From a virus: a DNA stretch of 64,000 nt. The stretch is taken from IMG/VR virus record IMGVR_UViG_3300037515_000591, positions 7,403-71,402 of that record. One strand, 5' to 3'. Below are positions 61,413 through 64,000 of this stretch, one piece after another; positions within the stretch are counted from its first letter, which is position 1; each line of letters begins with the position of its first letter. The notes beneath the pieces were generated by a model that saw nothing but the letters and a program-made list of their open reading frames with translations, was not told the origin of the DNA and did no database searches. A program made the translations under genes and the position numbers.

Positions 61413-61595
61413 TCAAGACGGTTCCGGGGTGTCGTGCTGGTGGTTGCGTATCTCGACGTTGCAGTCCGAGACCCGCGACATGTCCCCAGCCTTCGCGGCC
61501 TCGGCGCGCTGCCGGGCCAGGGCCGCACACACCTGACAGCCGGCGGCGATGGCCGGCCACCTCGGCGGTAAGCCCAAGAGCGGGGGCGGACTCAT
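61413..61595 (-). CDS. small hypothetical protein
   Basis: MSPPPLLGLPPRWPAIAAGCQVCAALARQRAEAAKAGDMSRVSDCNVEIRNH... Confidence 0.4.
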   Translation of the reverse strand: MSPPPLLGLPPRWPAIAAGCQVCAALARQRAEAAKAGDMSRVSDCNVEIRNHQHDTPEPS

Positions 61596-61764
61596 GGTCG
61601 TCTGGACGCTTCTGGCTGTGGCGCTCACGCTGCGCTCCCCGGGCCGTGGTGTGCGGTGATCTGTCTCACACCCGTGAAGCTACGGAGCGACGACGCCCTC
61701 CAACAGTCATGTTCCGTAGCCGTTCGCTAACCCGCCGCCACCGAACGGCTACGGAACATAGCCC

Positions 61765-63015
61765 TTACGCCACCCCGAAGAACCCGGCCAACTCGCGCTG
61801 CTGCCCCGTCAGCCGACGTCGGCCCGAAGCACGCAGCGACCGCTCGAACGTGCCCTTCGCCATCCGCTGATGCCGTAGCCACTCCGGCGCCTGGCGACGC
61901 AGCCCGGCCAGTACAGCCGTCGACTCATCGGCCTGCCGCAGCATCACATGCGCCTGCGCCACGTCCAACAGGTGCCGGTTCCACGTGTTCGCCGTCGCGG
62001 CCGAACCCGTCACCGGCAGCCGCACCGAGAGCCCCAACGCCCGGCGAGGCTGCTCAGCCACAAGAAGGTTCTCCACCGCCTGCAGCGCGACAGCAGACCC
62101 GCCGAACTTCCCCCAGCCGTACGAGTAAGAAGCGACCGCGCCGCCAAGAGCGGAGCCGGCCGTGCTGGCGAGCCGGAGCATCTCGCGCGCCTCCTGCGGA
62201 CGGTTGTTGCGGGCTGCGGCGGCCGACGACCGCATCAGCAGGCGCCCCCACACCCCCAGTTCTGTCTTGGTGGCGCGAGAGATCCGGGGCTCCACCTCGT
62301 CCGCCGTGGTCAAGGTGAGCCGCTCCGCTTCGTCGAGGCGCCCCTGCCTGGTCAGCAGCCAGCCTTGGAGGTACACGGCGGCAGCCGCCCGTGCTTCGTC
62401 TCTGGCCGTCGTCGCATCTGTGAGCGCGTCTCGGAGGGCGGTGTGCGCGAGGTCATAGGCGCGGACCTGGGTGAGGTAGCGGCCGACGAGTTGGAGGACG
62501 TCGGATCGCAGGGTGACGGCCTCAGCATGCTGGGGGCCTTGGTCGTAGTAGGTGACGGCGTGGCGGGCGCTGTTGATGAGGGCGGGGAGGAATTGCGCGG
62601 TGCGGCCGTAGTCGTCGCTGTAGTAGGAGGCGGCGAGGGCGTCGGCTGTGGTGCGGAGGTTGCGGAGGTCGGGTTCGGGTTCGATGGTGTCTGCTGGAAG
62701 GATGCGGCCGGTCGCGGTCATGGGTGGGGTGATGGCCTGCCGGAGCGGCATGAGGTCGACTTTGTCGGCGTCGCCCCGGGTGGTGGCGTGGGGTGCGCCG
62801 GGCTCGAACAGGGCGGAGGTGCGGACGTGGAGGGCGCGGGCGAGCGCGTGGTAGGTGTCCAGATGGCCCTTGCCGCCGCGTTCCAGTTTCTTCACGACGC
62901 CGAGGCTGAGGCCGGCGCGGTCGGCGAGTTGTTCTTGGGTGAGGCCTCGTGCGAGCCGGTAGTCCTTGATGCGACCGCCGGGGAGGTCTCCTGTTGTGTC
63001 GGTGGGGTGGGGCAT
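61765..63015 (-). CDS. XRE HTH regulator with long helical-repeat (TPR-like) C-terminus
   Basis: ATG 63015 with RBS GGAACGGAG. Contains RLARGLTQEQLADRAGLSLGVVKKLERG. 416 aa. Confidence 0.7.
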   Translation of the reverse strand: MPHPTDTTGDLPGGRIKDYRLARGLTQEQLADRAGLSLGVVKKLERGGKGHLDTYHALARALHVRTSALFEPGAPHATTRGDADKVDLMPLRQAITPPMTATGRILPADTIEPEPDLRNLRTTADALAASYYSDDYGRTAQFLPALINSARHAVTYYDQGPQHAEAVTLRSDVLQLVGRYLTQVRAYDLAHTALRDALTDATTARDEARAAAAVYLQGWLLTRQGRLDEAERLTLTTADEVEPRISRATKTELGVWGRLLMRSSAAAARNNRPQEAREMLRLASTAGSALGGAVASYSYGWGKFGGSAVALQAVENLLVAEQPRRALGLSVRLPVTGSAATANTWNRHLLDVAQAHVMLRQADESTAVLAGLRRQAPEWLRHQRMAKGTFERSLRASGRRRLTGQQRELAGFFGVA

Positions 63016-63163
63016 ACTGGTCTCCGTTCCTGACTCGTCATCTGGAACGGTACGCCCGTCCGTCGGTGGTGTACTTGGGAAGGCCCTTACGGATTGCGGT
63101 CCGTTGGGGTCTTTTCCGTGGGCGGCTGTGAGTGGTGGGTGGTCCTGCTCGTAGACTCGGACC

Positions 63164-63319
63164 ATGCCCTCCCGTCCTGTGAGCCCTGGTTCCGCACGGT
63201 CTGCTGCCGTGGTGAACGAGGAGATCCGGGCGCTCATGCTGCGGCGGGGCGGCTGGTTGAAGCCGGAGGATCGGGCGGTGTACGAGCGGCTGCGCGCCGA
63301 GTGGGTCGAGGCGGCGTAG
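63164..63319 (+). CDS. 51 aa ORF (not in ORF track)
   Basis: ...VVNEEIRALMLRRGGWLKPEDRAVYERLRAEWVEAA has high GC3 in the second half and is followed by a hairpin. Confidence 0.35.
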   Translation: MPSRPVSPGSARSAAVVNEEIRALMLRRGGWLKPEDRAVYERLRAEWVEAA

Positions 63320-63324
63320 ACGCG

Positions 63325-63355
63325 CCGAAGCCCCGCCGGATGGACGGGGCTTCGG
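63325..63355. terminator. bidirectional terminator hairpin
   Basis: CCGAAGCCCCG ccggatgga CGGGGCTTCGG. Confidence 0.55.
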
Positions 63356-63356
63356 G

Positions 63357-63572
63357 TCAGGCGGTCTTGCGGTCGGTGCGGGCCCCTTGCCCAGGCCGTG
63401 AGGCGCGAGCAGCGCGAACCTCGTCCGGGTCGAAGAGGGAGTGAGCGCGCCCGCTGTCGTCGACCTCGCGGCGTGCAGCGCGGACTCCCCACCGGGAGAG
63501 GGTGCCGCGCGCGCTCCCTGGCTTCACTCCGAGGAGTGCGGCGACCTGGTCGATGGTCCAGAGGTCGGTCAT
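63357..63572 (-). CDS. MerR/excisionase-type HTH protein
   Basis: MTDLWTIDQVAALLGVKPGSARGTLSRWGV... Confidence 0.55.
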   Translation of the reverse strand: MTDLWTIDQVAALLGVKPGSARGTLSRWGVRAARREVDDSGRAHSLFDPDEVRAARASRPGQGARTDRKTA

Positions 63573-63574
63573 GG

Positions 63575-63754
63575 TCAGGCGGTGGCGTGCTTGCCGACGG
63601 TGGTCCAGAAGTCGTCGGTGTCGAGGGTGTCGACGTCGACTGCGCCGTGTTGCTCGATGATGTCCTCGACGATGGCGTCGATGTCGTAGTTGCCGTCGCT
63701 GGCGTCGGTGGCGGTGATGATCTGGTCGCGGAGGTCGCGGCTGGTGAAGATCAT
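63575..63754 (-). CDS. 59 aa acidic protein (not in ORF track)
   Basis: MIFTSRDLRDQIITATDASDGNYDIDAIVEDIIEQHGAVDVDTLDTDDFWTTVGKHATA, with a strong RBS AAGGAGG. Confidence 0.5.
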   Translation of the reverse strand: MIFTSRDLRDQIITATDASDGNYDIDAIVEDIIEQHGAVDVDTLDTDDFWTTVGKHATA

Positions 63755-64000
63755 GGTGTTCCTCCTTGGGTTGGGCTTTGGGTTGTTCCCTCGGCCTCAC
63801 ACCCCTAACTATGCAGCACGTGATGCGAAGTTGCAAGGGGGTCGACTCGAGAACCGGAGCGGAGTGGGCAGCCGCGGTACGGGCCGAGGTGGTGGAGGCG
63901 GCGTAGCTTTTCGTGCTGTCACGAAAAAGCCTGGTCAGCCAGGTTCCCCGCATGGGGAAGCTGAGGTCAGCGCATCACTTCGCCGTCTGGCGAAGTGATG

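Noticed and set aside
63906-64000. The hairpin cluster as a tRNA.
   Set aside because: Stem lengths and spacing do not fit a cloverleaf, and there is no GTTC-type T-loop. It is kept only as an unexplained structured region.

Overview
High-GC actinobacterial DNA with Streptomyces-type codon usage, where G/C dominates third codon positions. Positions 1 to about 60.4 kb are most of an integrated temperate siphovirus-like prophage, and the last ~3.6 kb look like flanking chromosomal or other-element DNA with XRE regulators. All domain calls come from motifs I recognised by eye; no searches were run.

Prophage layout, read right to left on the minus strand:
- large serine integrase (58775-60316)
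- CI-like/Cro-like divergent switch (57365-58295)
- a long leftward early operon: RecT, DnaQ-like exonuclease, PAPS-reductase-like protein, RusA, WhiB-like protein, two ParB-like proteins, and a replication initiator with an internal iteron array
- an operon of many small membrane proteins plus a T5orf172/FtsK-gamma protein (29.7-35.5 kb)
- late genes: small and large terminase, portal-MuF fusion, ClpP-like protease/scaffold, HK97-type capsid, connector genes, tail tube, a chaperone pair with a -1 frameshift, and the tape measure, which runs off the left edge

The late module is interrupted three ways:
- a 6.6 kb block of about 19 small plus-strand genes between portal and protease (14.5-20.9 kb)
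- an antisense HNH gene between large terminase and portal
- an HNH gene among the connector genes

A second plus-strand block (27.4-29.6 kb) has its own promoter/operator and a bidirectional terminator.

Most long Arg/Pro/Gly-rich ORFs in the supplied track are shadow ORFs of high-GC coding DNA and were ignored. Many real starts are internal GTG/ATG codons that overlap the upstream stop (GTGA/ATGA), so I moved several starts. Start coordinates are therefore less certain than stops.

The most unusual content, in order:
1. the Spd-like membrane operon with a motor-less FtsK-gamma/T5orf172 protein inside a phage
2. the antisense early-type gene island that splits the portal-protease junction
3. 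the autonomous plus-strand cassette at 27.4-29.6 kb
4. the iteron origin inside the initiator gene
5. a second palindromic operator node at 45.6-45.7 kb
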